Shown here one piece after another: positions 10,095 to 20,293 of a DNA stretch of 64,000 nt (positions are counted from its first letter, which is position 1; every line of letters starts with the position of its first letter). The stretch is taken from the NCBI GenBank assembly GCA_965203465.1, contig CBDBCR010000003.1, positions 832,001 to 896,000 on the forward strand. The letters are read 5' to 3'. The notes below the pieces were generated by a model. That model saw nothing but the letters and a program-made list of their open reading frames with translations. It did no database searches and was not told the DNA's origin. The translations under genes and the position numbers were made by a program. The stretch comes from Nitrosopumilaceae archaeon (GTDB lineage: Archaea > Thermoproteota > Nitrososphaeria > Nitrososphaerales > Nitrosopumilaceae).

Positions 10095-10429
10095 TGCCTT
10101 GCCAGCTCGCGCGCCTTGGCCTCGTACTCTTGGAGGCTCTCCTTGACGCGGGCCTCCTGCTTTTCGAGGACGGCGGCCTTTGTCTTTGCCAGCGCCTGCA
10201 GCTCTTCGAGGTCGTCCTGGAGCTTTTTCCTGTCCGACTTTACCAGTATCTGGCCGGCCTGCCTGTACACGTCGCCCTCGCCGCCCGAGCGCAGCTCTTC
10301 GAGGGCGCGCTCGGTCTCGGACTGCTCGGCCGCGAGCTGTTGCTTTTGGTACGCGATGACCTCCATGTTCTGCCTGGCCTGCTGCATCTTCAGCAGGTGG
10401 TCTTGCAGCTGGCCGGGGGGCTGGGACAC
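10091..10429 (-). CDS. pfdB: Prefoldin beta subunit
   Basis: Coiled coil with ALEEL...VYRQAGQILVK. Confidence 0.88.
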   Translation of the reverse strand: MSQPPGQLQDHLLKMQQARQNMEVIAYQKQQLAAEQSETERALEELRSGGEGDVYRQAGQILVKSDRKKLQDDLEELQALAKTKAAVLEKQEARVKESLQEYEAKARELARQ

Positions 10430-10462
10430 GCGCGCGGGGCCGCCGGTTTTCTTAATATACCT

Positions 10463-10966
10463 ATGGCCCGGGCGCGGGGCGTGAAAGGCCGCCGCGCGTT
10501 CCGGTTCTGGTTCTACCTGAGGCAGGGCTGGAGCACGTACGTGGCCTTCGCGGTCACCATGGTCAACACGGTCACCCTCACCTACTACCTGGCGGTGGAA
10601 AACTACCCGGCCCTCGGCGCCCTGTTCCCCTCGTTCGGCCAGTACGCGCTGACCGTCGTGGCGGCGACGGTCCCGCTCGTAGCGCTGGTCGGCTACATAC
10701 ACTACAAAAAGAGCAGCTCGTTCCGCTCGGACATGGACGTCATCGTGGAATCGAACCCGTACGCCAGCCGCGTGCAGAAGAACAGCGAGACGGTGCTGGG
10801 CCTCAACCTCGAGATACTGCGCCTGGTGGCCAGGATGTCCGAGGGGGGCCGCGTCACCGAGGAGGAGAGGGCGCGCATCGCCCGCATCCAGTCCGAGCTG
10901 GAAAAGTACATGAAGGAGAGGCCCGAGGACATCAAGAGCATGTCGACGGTGTTCGACGAGCGCTAG
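10463..10966 (+). CDS. Conserved membrane protein
   Basis: FRFWFYLRQGWSTY followed by two hydrophobic helices. Confidence 0.65.
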   Translation: MARARGVKGRRAFRFWFYLRQGWSTYVAFAVTMVNTVTLTYYLAVENYPALGALFPSFGQYALTVVAATVPLVALVGYIHYKKSSSFRSDMDVIVESNPYASRVQKNSETVLGLNLEILRLVARMSEGGRVTEEERARIARIQSELEKYMKERPEDIKSMSTVFDER

Positions 10967-11604
10967 ACGAGCTCGACTGTCACCTGCGAGCCGTCCGAGA
11001 TGCCGGCGGCCCTGCGTATGTTCGATTCGGATATGAGCTCCAGTATGGAGGAATCGTGGTGCGTGCGCTCGGGCCTGATGACGTGCGAGGCTATCCCGTT
11101 GGCCCTCGCCCCGACGCACCGCACCGGGCCGTAGGTGCGGCGCCCGTCCGAAAAGCCGTCTATCAGGGCGCCGCCCGAATCGAGGCCGGGCTGTTCCGAG
11201 CCCGGCTCGAGGCGCACGTTGAGGGTCCCCGGAAAGGGCACGTACCCGATGCGCTCGCGGAACTGCCTCGTGTAGCCGGGCAGCGCCATGTAGTAGGCGC
11301 CCTCGCCCATGCCCGAGACCAGCGTCCCGCGCACGGCCCGCCTGAGCCCCAGGCCGGCGCCCAGCCTGCCGTGCAGCTCTTCGAGCCTGCGCCGGCCCGC
11401 CGCGGTCACGCGCACCGAGTTGCCCCGCGCCCCCGGCGCGCGCTCCACCAGGCCCCGCTCCTGCAGCTCGCGCAGCAGGCGCGAGGCCGCCTGCTGCGAG
11501 CGCGAGACGGCGGCCCCCAGATCCGAAGTGGTTATGGCCACGAAGCGGCCGCCGGCGCCCATCGAGAGCAGGTGCGAGAGTGCCAGCGCGTGCGGCAGGT
11601 CCAT
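10963..11604 (-). CDS. ribK: CTP-dependent riboflavin kinase with N-terminal wHTH
   Basis: SQQAASRLL HTH; GTLVSGMGEGAYY, PFPGTLN, PERTHH. Confidence 0.9.
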   Translation of the reverse strand: MDLPHALALSHLLSMGAGGRFVAITTSDLGAAVSRSQQAASRLLRELQERGLVERAPGARGNSVRVTAAGRRRLEELHGRLGAGLGLRRAVRGTLVSGMGEGAYYMALPGYTRQFRERIGYVPFPGTLNVRLEPGSEQPGLDSGGALIDGFSDGRRTYGPVRCVGARANGIASHVIRPERTHHDSSILELISESNIRRAAGISDGSQVTVELV

Positions 11605-11606
11605 GG

Positions 11607-12749
11607 CTAGGCTATGCCCAGATCCTTGAACGTGCGCAGCGTGGCCCCGTTGGCCTTTGTCAGCTTTGCCACGCGGTGGCCCACGACGAACTCGGCGCCG
11701 GCCCTGCGCGCCGCGTCGAGCAGGCGCTGCGTGACGATGCCGTCCAGAACCAGGTGGCGTATGCCCGACTGCGATGTCAGCTTGCTCACCAGCTCGCTGA
11801 TGGGCGCCTTGAAGACCTCGTTCTGCGAGCCGTCCAGCGCTATGGCCTCGAGCGTCTCGTTGATCTTTGGGTACACGCGCGAGACCAGCTCGGCCAGCGG
11901 CTTGTCCGCGTCGCTGGCGCTCTGCTTGCTGCGCCCGCGCCTGCCTATCTCGTCGGCGACCGGCTTTAGTATCTCGTCTACGCGCTGCGGGGTGAGCTCC
12001 TCGACCTCGACGCCGGTGTCGGCGCGCAGCTCGACGTCGACGCGCACCACCGACTTTAGCTCCTTGAGTATGAAGCCGCCGGAGCGGTCGCCGTCCATGA
12101 ACGCCACGACGGTCTCTTTCTTGCCGCAGATGGACTTTATCGACTCGTCTATGGTGGCCCCGTTGATGGCCAGCGCGTTGTCGTAGCCGGCGCGAAGCAG
12201 GTTGATGATGTCCGCGCGCCCCTCCACCAGTATTATCCACGGCGATTCGTATATGCCCCTGCTGCACGGGAGCTTTGAGGGGCCGTACGACTCCACCTTG
12301 CTGCCGTGGCCCGCGTGTATGTCGCGCAGCATCGTCTCGCCCTCGCTGGCGGTCTTTGTGGCCCAGCCCTGCTTGATCTCCTTGGCGCGCTTTAGTATCT
12401 CGCTCTTTTTGGCCGCGCGCACGTCGTCGATGGACTGGAGGCGGAACTCGCAGTCGAAGGCGCCGACCTTGTCGATGGACTCGATGGCCGCCGCTATCAG
12501 CGAGCACGTGTCGATGTCGGTGCTCATCGGTACCAGTACCGTGCCGTCGGTGGTCTTTGAGGTGTTGGACCTCTCGACCTTGATCCGGCCTATCTTGGAG
12601 ACCTTTTGAAGCTCGTTGAGGTTCATCTCGGGGCCTAGCAGGCCCTCGGTCTGCCCGAAGATCGCGCCGATTATGTCGGTCGGCTCGACTAGGCCGTCAA
12701 TCTTGTACGAAAGCCGGACATGGTACTTTACGATTCCAGACTGGGGCAT
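11607..12749 (-). CDS. dnaG: Archaeal DnaG-type primase (exosome-associated)
   Basis: GAIFGQTEGLLG, VEGRADIINL, DGDRSG TOPRIM. Confidence 0.93.
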   Translation of the reverse strand: MPQSGIVKYHVRLSYKIDGLVEPTDIIGAIFGQTEGLLGPEMNLNELQKVSKIGRIKVERSNTSKTTDGTVLVPMSTDIDTCSLIAAAIESIDKVGAFDCEFRLQSIDDVRAAKKSEILKRAKEIKQGWATKTASEGETMLRDIHAGHGSKVESYGPSKLPCSRGIYESPWIILVEGRADIINLLRAGYDNALAINGATIDESIKSICGKKETVVAFMDGDRSGGFILKELKSVVRVDVELRADTGVEVEELTPQRVDEILKPVADEIGRRGRSKQSASDADKPLAELVSRVYPKINETLEAIALDGSQNEVFKAPISELVSKLTSQSGIRHLVLDGIVTQRLLDAARRAGAEFVVGHRVAKLTKANGATLRTFKDLGIA

Positions 12750-12978
12750 AACCTCCTCTCTCCTTAATTAACACGGCCGGGCCCCGGCGGGCGGATATAT
12801 GTGCTTAACGGATCCGGGCCCCCGTTCCACGGCCCCGGAAACGGGCCCCCGTGCCTAGGGACGGGGGGCTTGGGCGCGGCCCCGGGAGGGCCGGCCGGGC
12901 GGTGGGTTCCGGCGGGCCGGTCTTTGGGGAGCAGCCGGATCGGGGGATTCGGCGGGCCGCAGGCCCCGGGCTGTCCAG

Positions 12979-13887
12979 TCACCGCTCGAAACTGTCAGTA
13001 ATCTTACCCTGGGTTTCGTACTCGGAACGTATCTCGTCGCATTTGTTCCATAGCGTTCTGACAGCGGCAGGGTCACACTCTCCCGCACGCCTGACAAGAT
13101 CGGCGAATCCGTCCCGTTGGAGCAGAATGCCGAGTACACGCTCGACTCTTTTTTGCAATCTCCCTTTGTGCTTGCGCGATATGATGTTTTGTGGATCGAG
13201 TACTTGTGTGATCTTGGTCGCCGCTCCCAACTCCAAAACCACCACTCGGCTCTTGGAGTCCTTCGATGCGACGCACTGCATGAGAGCTCTCAGGATATGC
13301 GGCACCACAAACTTGTCGTCGTCAGAGGGCGAGAACTTGTAATACGACCTCAAGATCTCCGATCCGTCCAGTGTTATCCGTAGAGACAACTTCTTGTCTA
13401 GCTTGTCCAGTTTGAACGTCCCATGTTTTTGTATGCATGCGCATCCGAATGTTATGAACGGCAGATTCGTGTGCGGGGCGAGGTTGGTATGGTTTTCTTC
13501 TCCGTCCACATAACAAACGTCGTGTTTGAGTTGATTCCGGTCGTGCAGCATCACAAGATTTGCAAGATCGGAAGTTTCGAGGCTTGCGTATCTGCGGTTT
13601 TGGTCTGCGTTTATGTTGTTGCCGCTTTTGCATTCTGCTACCAGCACATGCATATGGCGGTTTGACGCTGCCAGTACGTCTGGATGGACTATGTCTCCGC
13701 TGCGCATACGGATCTCTTGTTCGATCAGCTTTATGCGATACCCGAGATCGTAAAGTGGGTTGGGCCACGGTTTTGGTGTTTTTTTGCCTGCGCTTTGCTT
13801 TTGGCACAAGCAAATGAATTTATTGATCAATATGGTGTGATCACTGTGCAATCTCATCCACCATGGGGCAGTACGTGTCAGCGTCAA
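12979..13887 (-). CDS. Hypothetical protein with PD-(D/E)xK-like motif
   Basis: HPDVLA...VAECKSG; lower GC; overlaps the upstream partner gene. Confidence 0.6.
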   Translation of the reverse strand: MTLTRTAPWWMRLHSDHTILINKFICLCQKQSAGKKTPKPWPNPLYDLGYRIKLIEQEIRMRSGDIVHPDVLAASNRHMHVLVAECKSGNNINADQNRRYASLETSDLANLVMLHDRNQLKHDVCYVDGEENHTNLAPHTNLPFITFGCACIQKHGTFKLDKLDKKLSLRITLDGSEILRSYYKFSPSDDDKFVVPHILRALMQCVASKDSKSRVVVLELGAATKITQVLDPQNIISRKHKGRLQKRVERVLGILLQRDGFADLVRRAGECDPAAVRTLWNKCDEIRSEYETQGKITDSFER

Positions 13888-14941
13888 AATATGCCTGCAG
13901 GTTGGTGAGCAGGCGTAGTATTATGTTGCCGCAGCTTTGTCCAAACAGGTAGACCTGCATCATATCGTGTCCTATCTCAAAGTCGACCGAGCTGCCCGCG
14001 TGAAGATCCACGGCCAGCACCTGGAGGCGCCCGTCGTTCATCTTCTGCCGGAGTCCCCCCAGCTGAAACGGCCTTGTTGCGGAAAAAACTTTGTCTACGA
14101 ACGTGTTCAGATCTTTGATTTCGTTGGGAAAAATGAAGTCGAACGGAGTCCCTTCCAGATCTCCGAGGCCTCCCTGCCACTTGCAGTATATCCTCTCTTT
14201 TTCTACCCCGGCGATTATTTTGGAATACTCTTCTTGGCATTGGTCTACTACATGTAGGTGGTCTTGGACGGAGCTTCCACGGCGAAGCGCGAAATAACCG
14301 TTGTTGTGAACATCGTCATACGCGCGCTGTTCCATGGGACGCCCCGCCCCCCGCATTATCCTCACGTACCTGTAGGCGCTGGCCCTACGCAACGGCTCGT
14401 TGGGTTCCACGATCTCCTCCAGCGAGGCGGCAAGCGATCCGCTGATACTCAGTTTGAGATCCTCCAAATCCTCACGATCCTGCACGAGGTTGGAGTATGA
14501 AAGCCCGAGGCCCCGCAAGCTGTTGCCCTCCATCTTGGCGATGTGCTGCAGCAGGCCACGGTAAAACCAAGCATTGTCAAGGACATGGTTTCTGTGGCCG
14601 ACCATGGTGTCTATTATCTTGCGAACATCAGCTGAACCGTAGTTAGTGTGCAGTTTGAAAAACCTCTTGTCGCTGACATCCAAGAAAAACTTGCACGTTG
14701 CTGTTCCATGATGCACGTTGAGAACCTTCAGGGCCTCCACGCCGGTGCTAGCAACGTCGTACGAGATGTCCCCGAGATTTCCGTCAGGCGGGAACGCCTT
14801 GTCAGACTCTAGTATGAACGTCTTGAGTTCGTTGGGGCGTCCGGCCGCGGTCTCGCCGGGCTCTACCTGCCGTGGGGGCTCCGCCATCTCCTCGAGAGTC
14901 TCCATAAACTCCTTGTTTGACGACACTTGGGTGTATTTCAT
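13841..14941 (-). CDS. Hypothetical protein (first gene of accessory pair)
   Basis: 366-aa ORF, lower GC, TATA-like element at ~14966-14980. Confidence 0.7.
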   Translation of the reverse strand: MKYTQVSSNKEFMETLEEMAEPPRQVEPGETAAGRPNELKTFILESDKAFPPDGNLGDISYDVASTGVEALKVLNVHHGTATCKFFLDVSDKRFFKLHTNYGSADVRKIIDTMVGHRNHVLDNAWFYRGLLQHIAKMEGNSLRGLGLSYSNLVQDREDLEDLKLSISGSLAASLEEIVEPNEPLRRASAYRYVRIMRGAGRPMEQRAYDDVHNNGYFALRRGSSVQDHLHVVDQCQEEYSKIIAGVEKERIYCKWQGGLGDLEGTPFDFIFPNEIKDLNTFVDKVFSATRPFQLGGLRQKMNDGRLQVLAVDLHAGSSVDFEIGHDMMQVYLFGQSCGNIILRLLTNLQAYFDADTYCPMVDEIAQ

Positions 14942-15093
14942 GTCGTCGGCAACGGGGCGGGATTGTTATATACCTATAACCCGGCATGGGCGTGATCCGC
15001 CTTTTCGTGCCCGCGCGGAACCTTGCCGCGCGCGTTTTTGGAACCGCGGCGCAGCGCGCACCCGGGCCGCGCTAAAAAGTGAAAAAAAGCCTG

Positions 15094-15447
15094 CTACTCG
15101 GTGCTGAACGAGCTGCCGCACGAGCAGGACTTTGTGACGTTGGGGTTGTTTATCTTGAAGCCGGACCCCATGAGGCTCTCGACATAGTCGACGTTGGCGC
15201 CCTTTAGGTGGTCTATGCTGTAGCTGTCCACCAAGAGCTTTACCCCCGCCTCTTCCAAGACCAAGTCGTCCTCTTCCGCCTTTTTCTCAAAGCCCATGCC
15301 GTACGAGAGCCCGGAGCACCCGCCGCCCTGCACGTACACGCGCAGGTATTCGGGGTGCTCGGACTCTTCTGCCATGAACTCCTTGATCTTTTCGGCAGCC
15401 TTGGCCGTGACCGTTATGGGCCTGGCCTGTTCCGTCTCTGTCTCCAT
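15094..15447 (-). CDS. A-type Fe-S cluster carrier (HesB/IscA/ErpA)
   Basis: GGCSGLSY, NPN...CSCGSSF. Confidence 0.93.
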   Translation of the reverse strand: METETEQARPITVTAKAAEKIKEFMAEESEHPEYLRVYVQGGGCSGLSYGMGFEKKAEEDDLVLEEAGVKLLVDSYSIDHLKGANVDYVESLMGSGFKINNPNVTKSCSCGSSFSTE

Positions 15448-15480
15448 GCCCCCGAGCTCGCGATTTTGCTATAATAGTCT

Positions 15481-16242
15481 TTATTTCTTGGACTTTTCCA
15501 GGAACCGGGCCATCATCTCCTGGCGGTCCTTGTGCGTGAAGCAGTTGCGCCAGGCCAGCAGCTCTATCGAGAGGCCCGTGTCCAGGTCGGCGTTGCGCCC
15601 CTTGTTGATGGCCGTCTTTGACATGCGCACGCCCATCACAGAGTTTGCCGCTATCTGCGAGGCCATCTTGCCGGCCTCCTCCATCAAGGAATCGGGCGAG
15701 ACCACCCTGTTGACCAGCCCTATGCGCAGCGCCTCGTCCGCCGGTATCATGTTGCCCCTGTACACCAGCTCTTTGGCGTTGGCCACGCCGACTATCCTCA
15801 TCAGGCGCTGCGTGCCGCCCCAGCCGGGCGGTATCCCGATGGTCACCTCGGGCTGGCCCATCCGGGCCGTGTCGGCGGCTATGCGTATGTCGCAGGCCAG
15901 GGCCAGCTCGCAGCCGCCGCCGAGGGCGAAGCCGTTTATGGCCGCGATCGTCGGGTGCCTGACCAGCTCGACGGTCGAGGTGAGCTTCTGGCCCAATTTC
16001 GCGTACTCCACCGATTCTTCGGGGCTTATCTTGGACATGTACGAAATGTCGGCCCCCGCCGAGAACGCCTTGGTCCCCTCGCCGGTCAGTATCACGGCGC
16101 GCAGGCCGTCGTCGTGGTCCAGGTCCTCAAAGACCGATATCAGCTCGCGCGCCACGTCGGTGTTCATGGCGTTGAGCTTGTCGGGTCGGTTTATCTTTAC
16201 GGTGCAGACGCCCTCCGACTTTGAGACGGCCACCATGCTCAT
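15481..16242 (-). CDS. Enoyl-CoA hydratase (probable 3-hydroxypropionyl-CoA dehydratase/crotonyl-CoA hydratase of the HP/HB cycle)
   Basis: [39 protein letters not shown]; pathway role is inference. Confidence 0.88.
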   Translation of the reverse strand: MSMVAVSKSEGVCTVKINRPDKLNAMNTDVARELISVFEDLDHDDGLRAVILTGEGTKAFSAGADISYMSKISPEESVEYAKLGQKLTSTVELVRHPTIAAINGFALGGGCELALACDIRIAADTARMGQPEVTIGIPPGWGGTQRLMRIVGVANAKELVYRGNMIPADEALRIGLVNRVVSPDSLMEEAGKMASQIAANSVMGVRMSKTAINKGRNADLDTGLSIELLAWRNCFTHKDRQEMMARFLEKSKK

Positions 16243-16267
16243 GCCGGCCGGCCCCGCGGCGCCCGAA

Positions 16268-16747
16268 TTAAATGCTGCGGATCAGGTGCGAAAAGGGCTC
16301 GTCGGGCCCCACCCGGACCCCCTTGAGGCCGGCGCGGCGCGCCGCCTCCATGTCCGAATCGCTGTCGCCGACCAGCCACGAAGAGGCCGCGTCGATGTCC
16401 AGGTCCCGCACCGCCGCGTCTATGAGGGCCGTGCCCGGCTTGCGGCAGGCGCACCCCTCGGCGGGGGCGTGCGTGCAGCAGTATATGGCGTCCAGGCGGG
16501 CGCCGGCGCGGGCGAGCTCGGCCTCCATGCGCGAGTGCACCAGGTCCAGCCGCTCCCTGCTCATCAGGCCCCTGCCCACGGCCGACTGGTTGGTCACGGC
16601 CACGACCACGCACCCGCGCGAGCGGGCTATGTGCATGGCGCGCACCGCGTCCTCGAGCACCTCGAGGTCGCCGGGATCGGTCACGTACCCGTCCCTCTTG
16701 CGGTTTATCACCCCGTCCCTGTCCAAGAACAGCGCCTTGCGTCCCAC
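16268..16747 (-). CDS. HAD-IIIA phosphatase (GmhB/histidinol-phosphatase family)
   Basis: [24 protein letters not shown]. Confidence 0.88.
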   Translation of the reverse strand: MGRKALFLDRDGVINRKRDGYVTDPGDLEVLEDAVRAMHIARSRGCVVVAVTNQSAVGRGLMSRERLDLVHSRMEAELARAGARLDAIYCCTHAPAEGCACRKPGTALIDAAVRDLDIDAASSWLVGDSDSDMEAARRAGLKGVRVGPDEPFSHLIRSI

Positions 16748-16778
16748 GGCCCGCTCCCCCCGCCCCGGCCTAAAACCC

Positions 16779-17627
16779 TTACCTGCGCGCCTCTGCCAGC
16801 GCGTACTCTACCATGCGGCGGGGTATGTTGGCCCCCGAGACGCTGGCGAGGCCCCGGAATTCCACCGTGTTGTTGACCTCGTGGACCACCAGCCCGCGCC
16901 CGGCGTCCTCCATCATGTCCACGCCCAGTATCCCGCCGCCGGCGGCCTCCGAGGCGCGGGCCGCGAGTTCGGCAAGCTCCGCCGAGATCTCGCATTTTTC
17001 GGGCTCGGCGCCCAGCGAGACGTTGGAGGCGAAGCCGTCGGACCTGCGGTACATGGCCGCCACGGCCGAGCCGCCCACCGTCAGCACCCGTATGTCGCGC
17101 GGCGGCCGCTCGACCAGCTCCTGCAGGTAGTATACGCGGTCGTATGCGCCGTCGCGCACGCCGCGCATCTCGAAAGCCGCCTCGGCGGTCTGCTCGTCGC
17201 GCAGCGGCACGATGCCCCGCCCCCAGCTCCCGACGACCGGCTTTAGGACCAGCGGGCCGTCGAGGCACGCGCGAGCCGATTCGGGGGTGAACGCCAGGCG
17301 CGTGGCCGGCGTCGGCACGCCGCGCTTTTTGAGGGCCAGCGACATGAACGCCTTGTTGCCGCACCGCGAGGCCGTCTCGAGCGTGTTGACCACCGGCACG
17401 CCGAGGAACTCGAGGCACGCGGTCACGTGCAGCCCGCGGATGTAGCTGACGCACCTCTCCAGGACCGCGTCGCCCAAGTCCAGATCGGCCCTGCGCGCCT
17501 CTGTCCCCAGCACCAGTTTTTTTGCGTCCACGAGGGCCGCATCGCAGCCGGCCGCCGAGGCCTCCTTTAGCAGCTCTTTTTCCTCCAGCCGCAGCCGGTC
17601 GAAGACGATCCGGAGGGCCGGCATCAC
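16779..17627 (-). CDS. lysX: LysX/ArgX ATP-grasp ligase
   Basis: KPVVGSWGRG, RDIRV, HEVNNTVEF; adjacent to lysW. Confidence 0.9.
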   Translation of the reverse strand: MMPALRIVFDRLRLEEKELLKEASAAGCDAALVDAKKLVLGTEARRADLDLGDAVLERCVSYIRGLHVTACLEFLGVPVVNTLETASRCGNKAFMSLALKKRGVPTPATRLAFTPESARACLDGPLVLKPVVGSWGRGIVPLRDEQTAEAAFEMRGVRDGAYDRVYYLQELVERPPRDIRVLTVGGSAVAAMYRRSDGFASNVSLGAEPEKCEISAELAELAARASEAAGGGILGVDMMEDAGRGLVVHEVNNTVEFRGLASVSGANIPRRMVEYALAEARR

Positions 17628-17788
17628 TCTCCCCAGTCTTCGCCTACCTTTTCGGCCCTCTTGAGCCCGAGGGCCTGCCCGTCCATGGCCACCTCAAAGT
17701 CCGAGCCGCAGTCGGGGCACGAGACCAGCTCGCCCTCCTGCGCGTCCTGCGGCACGGACAGCTGCGCCTCGCACTCTGGGCAGTTCAT
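17624..17788 (-). CDS. lysW: Amino-group carrier protein LysW
   Basis: Manual translation MNCPEC...CPDCG...EDWGE*; not in the ORF track. Confidence 0.93.
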   Translation of the reverse strand: MNCPECEAQLSVPQDAQEGELVSCPDCGSDFEVAMDGQALGLKRAEKVGEDWGE

Positions 17789-18981
17789 CGTCGGGGCCGC
17801 CTCCGGGCTTGTAATTTATTCGCTTCTGTGGTCTGCATGCCCCAGAGCCGGGCGAAGCCGGCCGCCTGCCGCTGGTCAAAGTCGGAATCGTGCCCGTAGG
17901 TGGCCGTCCTGCGCCGGTACAGCGAGTGCGGCGAGCTTCTCCCCACGGCCCGCGGGCCGCCCGGAAAGAGCGCGAGCCGGACCTTGCCGGTGACGTTTCT
18001 CTGCGAGCTCTCGACTAGCGCGTCGAGGTCTGCGCGGAGCGGATCGTCCCACAGCCCCGAATACGCCAGCCACGCCCACCGCTCGTCGGCCTCGGCCTTG
18101 AAGCGGCCCTGGTGGGACGTGTGCACCAGCTTTTCCAGGTCGGCGTGCGCCTCTATCAGGCAGGAGGCCGCCGGCGTCTCGTATACCTCGCGCGACTTTA
18201 TTCCCACCACCCTGTCCTCGACGTGGTCCACGACGCCCACGCCGGCCGCGCCGGCCTTTCTGTTGAGGCGCTCTATCAGCTCGACGGGCCCGTACCTTTT
18301 GCCGTCCAGGGCCACCGGCACGCCGCGCCGGAACTCGATCTCGGCGCGCGGCGGCTTTTTGGGCAGGTTTTTGGTGCGCACCCACTCGAAGGCCGAATCC
18401 GGCGGCTCGGCGGACGGATCCTCCAGGTCGCCCCCCTCTATGGCGCGCCCCCACAGGTTCTGGTCTATGCTGTACTTTTTGGCCACCGCGTCGATGGGTA
18501 TGCCGTGGCGGCGCGCAAACTCCAGCTCCGTCTCCCTGTCCAGGTTCATGTCCCGGATGGGGGCCACGATGGGCAGGCCCGAGGAGAGCATCGTCACGTC
18601 GAAGCGCACCTGGTCGTTGCCCTTGCCCGAGCAGCCGTGCCCGAGGGCCGAGGCGCCCTCCTCGCGCGCCACGTCGAGCACGGCGCGCGCTATGAGGGGG
18701 CGCGCCAGCGCCGTGGCAAGGCAGTACTTTTTCTGGTACAGCGCGTTGGCCTTTATGGCCGGGTGGACGTACCCCGTCACGAACCGGCGGCGCGCGTCTA
18801 TGGTGCGGTGGCGCTTTACCCCCAGGCGCCTGGCCTTGGCGGCGATGGCGCGGCCGTCGTCGCCCTGGCCCACGTCTACCGTGACGGTGACCACGTCGAG
18901 GCCGTGCTCCTTTTGCAGGTACTTTACCACCACGGACGTGTCGAGGCCCCCCGAAAAGGCCAGCACGGCGGTCTCTGCCAT
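17785..18981 (-). CDS. argG: Argininosuccinate synthase
   Basis: LAFSGGLDTS, HGCSGKGNDQVRF, SIDQNLWGR, IKSREVYE. Confidence 0.95.
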   Translation of the reverse strand: MAETAVLAFSGGLDTSVVVKYLQKEHGLDVVTVTVDVGQGDDGRAIAAKARRLGVKRHRTIDARRRFVTGYVHPAIKANALYQKKYCLATALARPLIARAVLDVAREEGASALGHGCSGKGNDQVRFDVTMLSSGLPIVAPIRDMNLDRETELEFARRHGIPIDAVAKKYSIDQNLWGRAIEGGDLEDPSAEPPDSAFEWVRTKNLPKKPPRAEIEFRRGVPVALDGKRYGPVELIERLNRKAGAAGVGVVDHVEDRVVGIKSREVYETPAASCLIEAHADLEKLVHTSHQGRFKAEADERWAWLAYSGLWDDPLRADLDALVESSQRNVTGKVRLALFPGGPRAVGRSSPHSLYRRRTATYGHDSDFDQRQAAGFARLWGMQTTEANKLQARRRPRR

Positions 18982-19187
18982 CTGCGCCCGCGCGCGACGC
19001 TCGGAATTTATCTCTGTCGCCGGGCCGGGCGTTTCAGCCGCGCGGGCGTCCGCCAGGCGGAGGGCCGGCGCGGGGGCGCGCGGCGGCCCCCAAGTCAGCC
19101 TTGCCCGGACGCGGGTGGCTTTCGGGCCAAGTCCGACCAAACGCCGGCACCCAGCTGTAGGCGTTTTAATGTCCAAATACATGTCGG

Positions 19188-19648
19188 CTAGATCGGCGCC
19201 CGCCTTTGTTTTTTTGAACCCGAGTTTTTCATAAAAAGCCTGCTACGTCCGGTTCCGACTTTACCAACCCTGCACCCCGCCATGCCGGACATGAATTTTG
19301 CATGCGCGCTAGCCCGCCCCACCACGAGGCGGCCCACGCCGCGGCGCACATAGCGCCTGTCAGTCGCCAGATGGCTTATCAAAAGAGCCGGGATTTTTCC
19401 AAACGTGTCTATGCCGAGGCGGCTCTGTTCTTCGTTCAGGCGATCCATCGCCAAGACCACGTATCCTACCACGCGGCCGTTCCATACGAAAACATACGGT
19501 TGTCCCACATGTTCCTGTCGGTCGTACAGAAAAGTGATCCTAAAGTATTCTTCGAAATCCGGTTTGGAGCAAAGTCTGCATTCGCATCGCTAGGCCGCAT
19601 TTTTCTACGCTGGACTTGATCTATTGAAAAACCGTCGCTTTCAGACAT
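19188..19648 (-). pseudogene. GNAT acetyltransferase toxin (TacT/AtaT-like), frameshifted
   Basis: VVGYVVL...PALLISHLATDRRYVRRGVG; the N-terminal part is in another frame and joins near 19572 to read DFCSKPDFEEYF. Confidence 0.72.
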
Positions 19649-19800
19649 CAGCAGTCTTCACAGGGAACCATTACGTGTTTTGCCGTCTCCATTGCGTCGT
19701 GGATTGCTTTTGTCTGCTCAGGAGTCGGCCCCCTCTCGAGATCCTCCAAAAACGCCACCCAGTCCTCGTGGCTCAGGGTACGTACGTGCCGGAGTGGCAT
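19648..19800 (-). CDS. Putative 50-aa antitoxin (resembles the DUF1778 C-terminus)
   Basis: MPLRHVRTLSHEDWVAFLEDLERGPTPEQTKAIHDAM...; TGATG overlap with the GNAT gene; TATA near 19825. Confidence 0.6.
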   Translation of the reverse strand: MPLRHVRTLSHEDWVAFLEDLERGPTPEQTKAIHDAMETAKHVMVPCEDC

Positions 19801-19853
19801 AGACGCGCCCCCGGATACTGTGGTATATTTGTTGTTTGGGCGGGCCGGCTAGA

Positions 19854-19939
19854 CTATTCTGCCGGTCATGGAAGATTTCGCCCCACGCCTGTTTGACGCG
19901 TAGTGGGCAAGGCGAAATTTTCAACGCCTGCCAGAATAG
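19854..19939. repeat. Palindromic repeat family 1, copy 1
   Basis: CTATTCTGCCGGTCATGGAAGATTTCGCC...GGCGAAATTTTCAACGCCTGCCAGAATAG. Confidence 0.9.
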
Positions 19940-20004
19940 GCGACCTACGAACACGTGCCAGAAAATACCGCCAGAATGCGCCGAGGGATCGGCGAACGTC
20001 TCAG

Positions 20005-20293
20005 TCATGAGCGGTTGTCGCGCATATACAGTTCCTTGTGATCGCCGATGTCTAGTACGTACACAGTTCTGTTACTATGCGACAATTTGTAGATCATGCT
20101 GACCGATTTTGTTAGATGGTATCCGAAACAGTTTTTGTATTTGCCGGTTTTTTGCCTGCCCATGCGTGCAGGATCCTCGACTATTTTGAGCTCTGCAATA
20201 AACGCCAGATATCGCTTGAACACTTGGCTGGATTTGTATTTTTTTGATCTTTTTCTGAACGGCGTCTGATACGGTTACGTTCCATTCGTTCAA
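20005..20293 (-). pseudogene. RelE/ParE-family toxin, frameshifted in an A7 run
   Basis: MNEWNVTVSDAVQKKIKK then ...SMIYKL....TVYVLDIGDHKELY; removing one A (20239-20245) restores the frame. Confidence 0.75.

Noticed and set aside
12790-12975. SRP RNA or RNase P RNA
   Set aside because: Too short, and lacks the SRP helix-8 and RNase P P4 consensus motifs.
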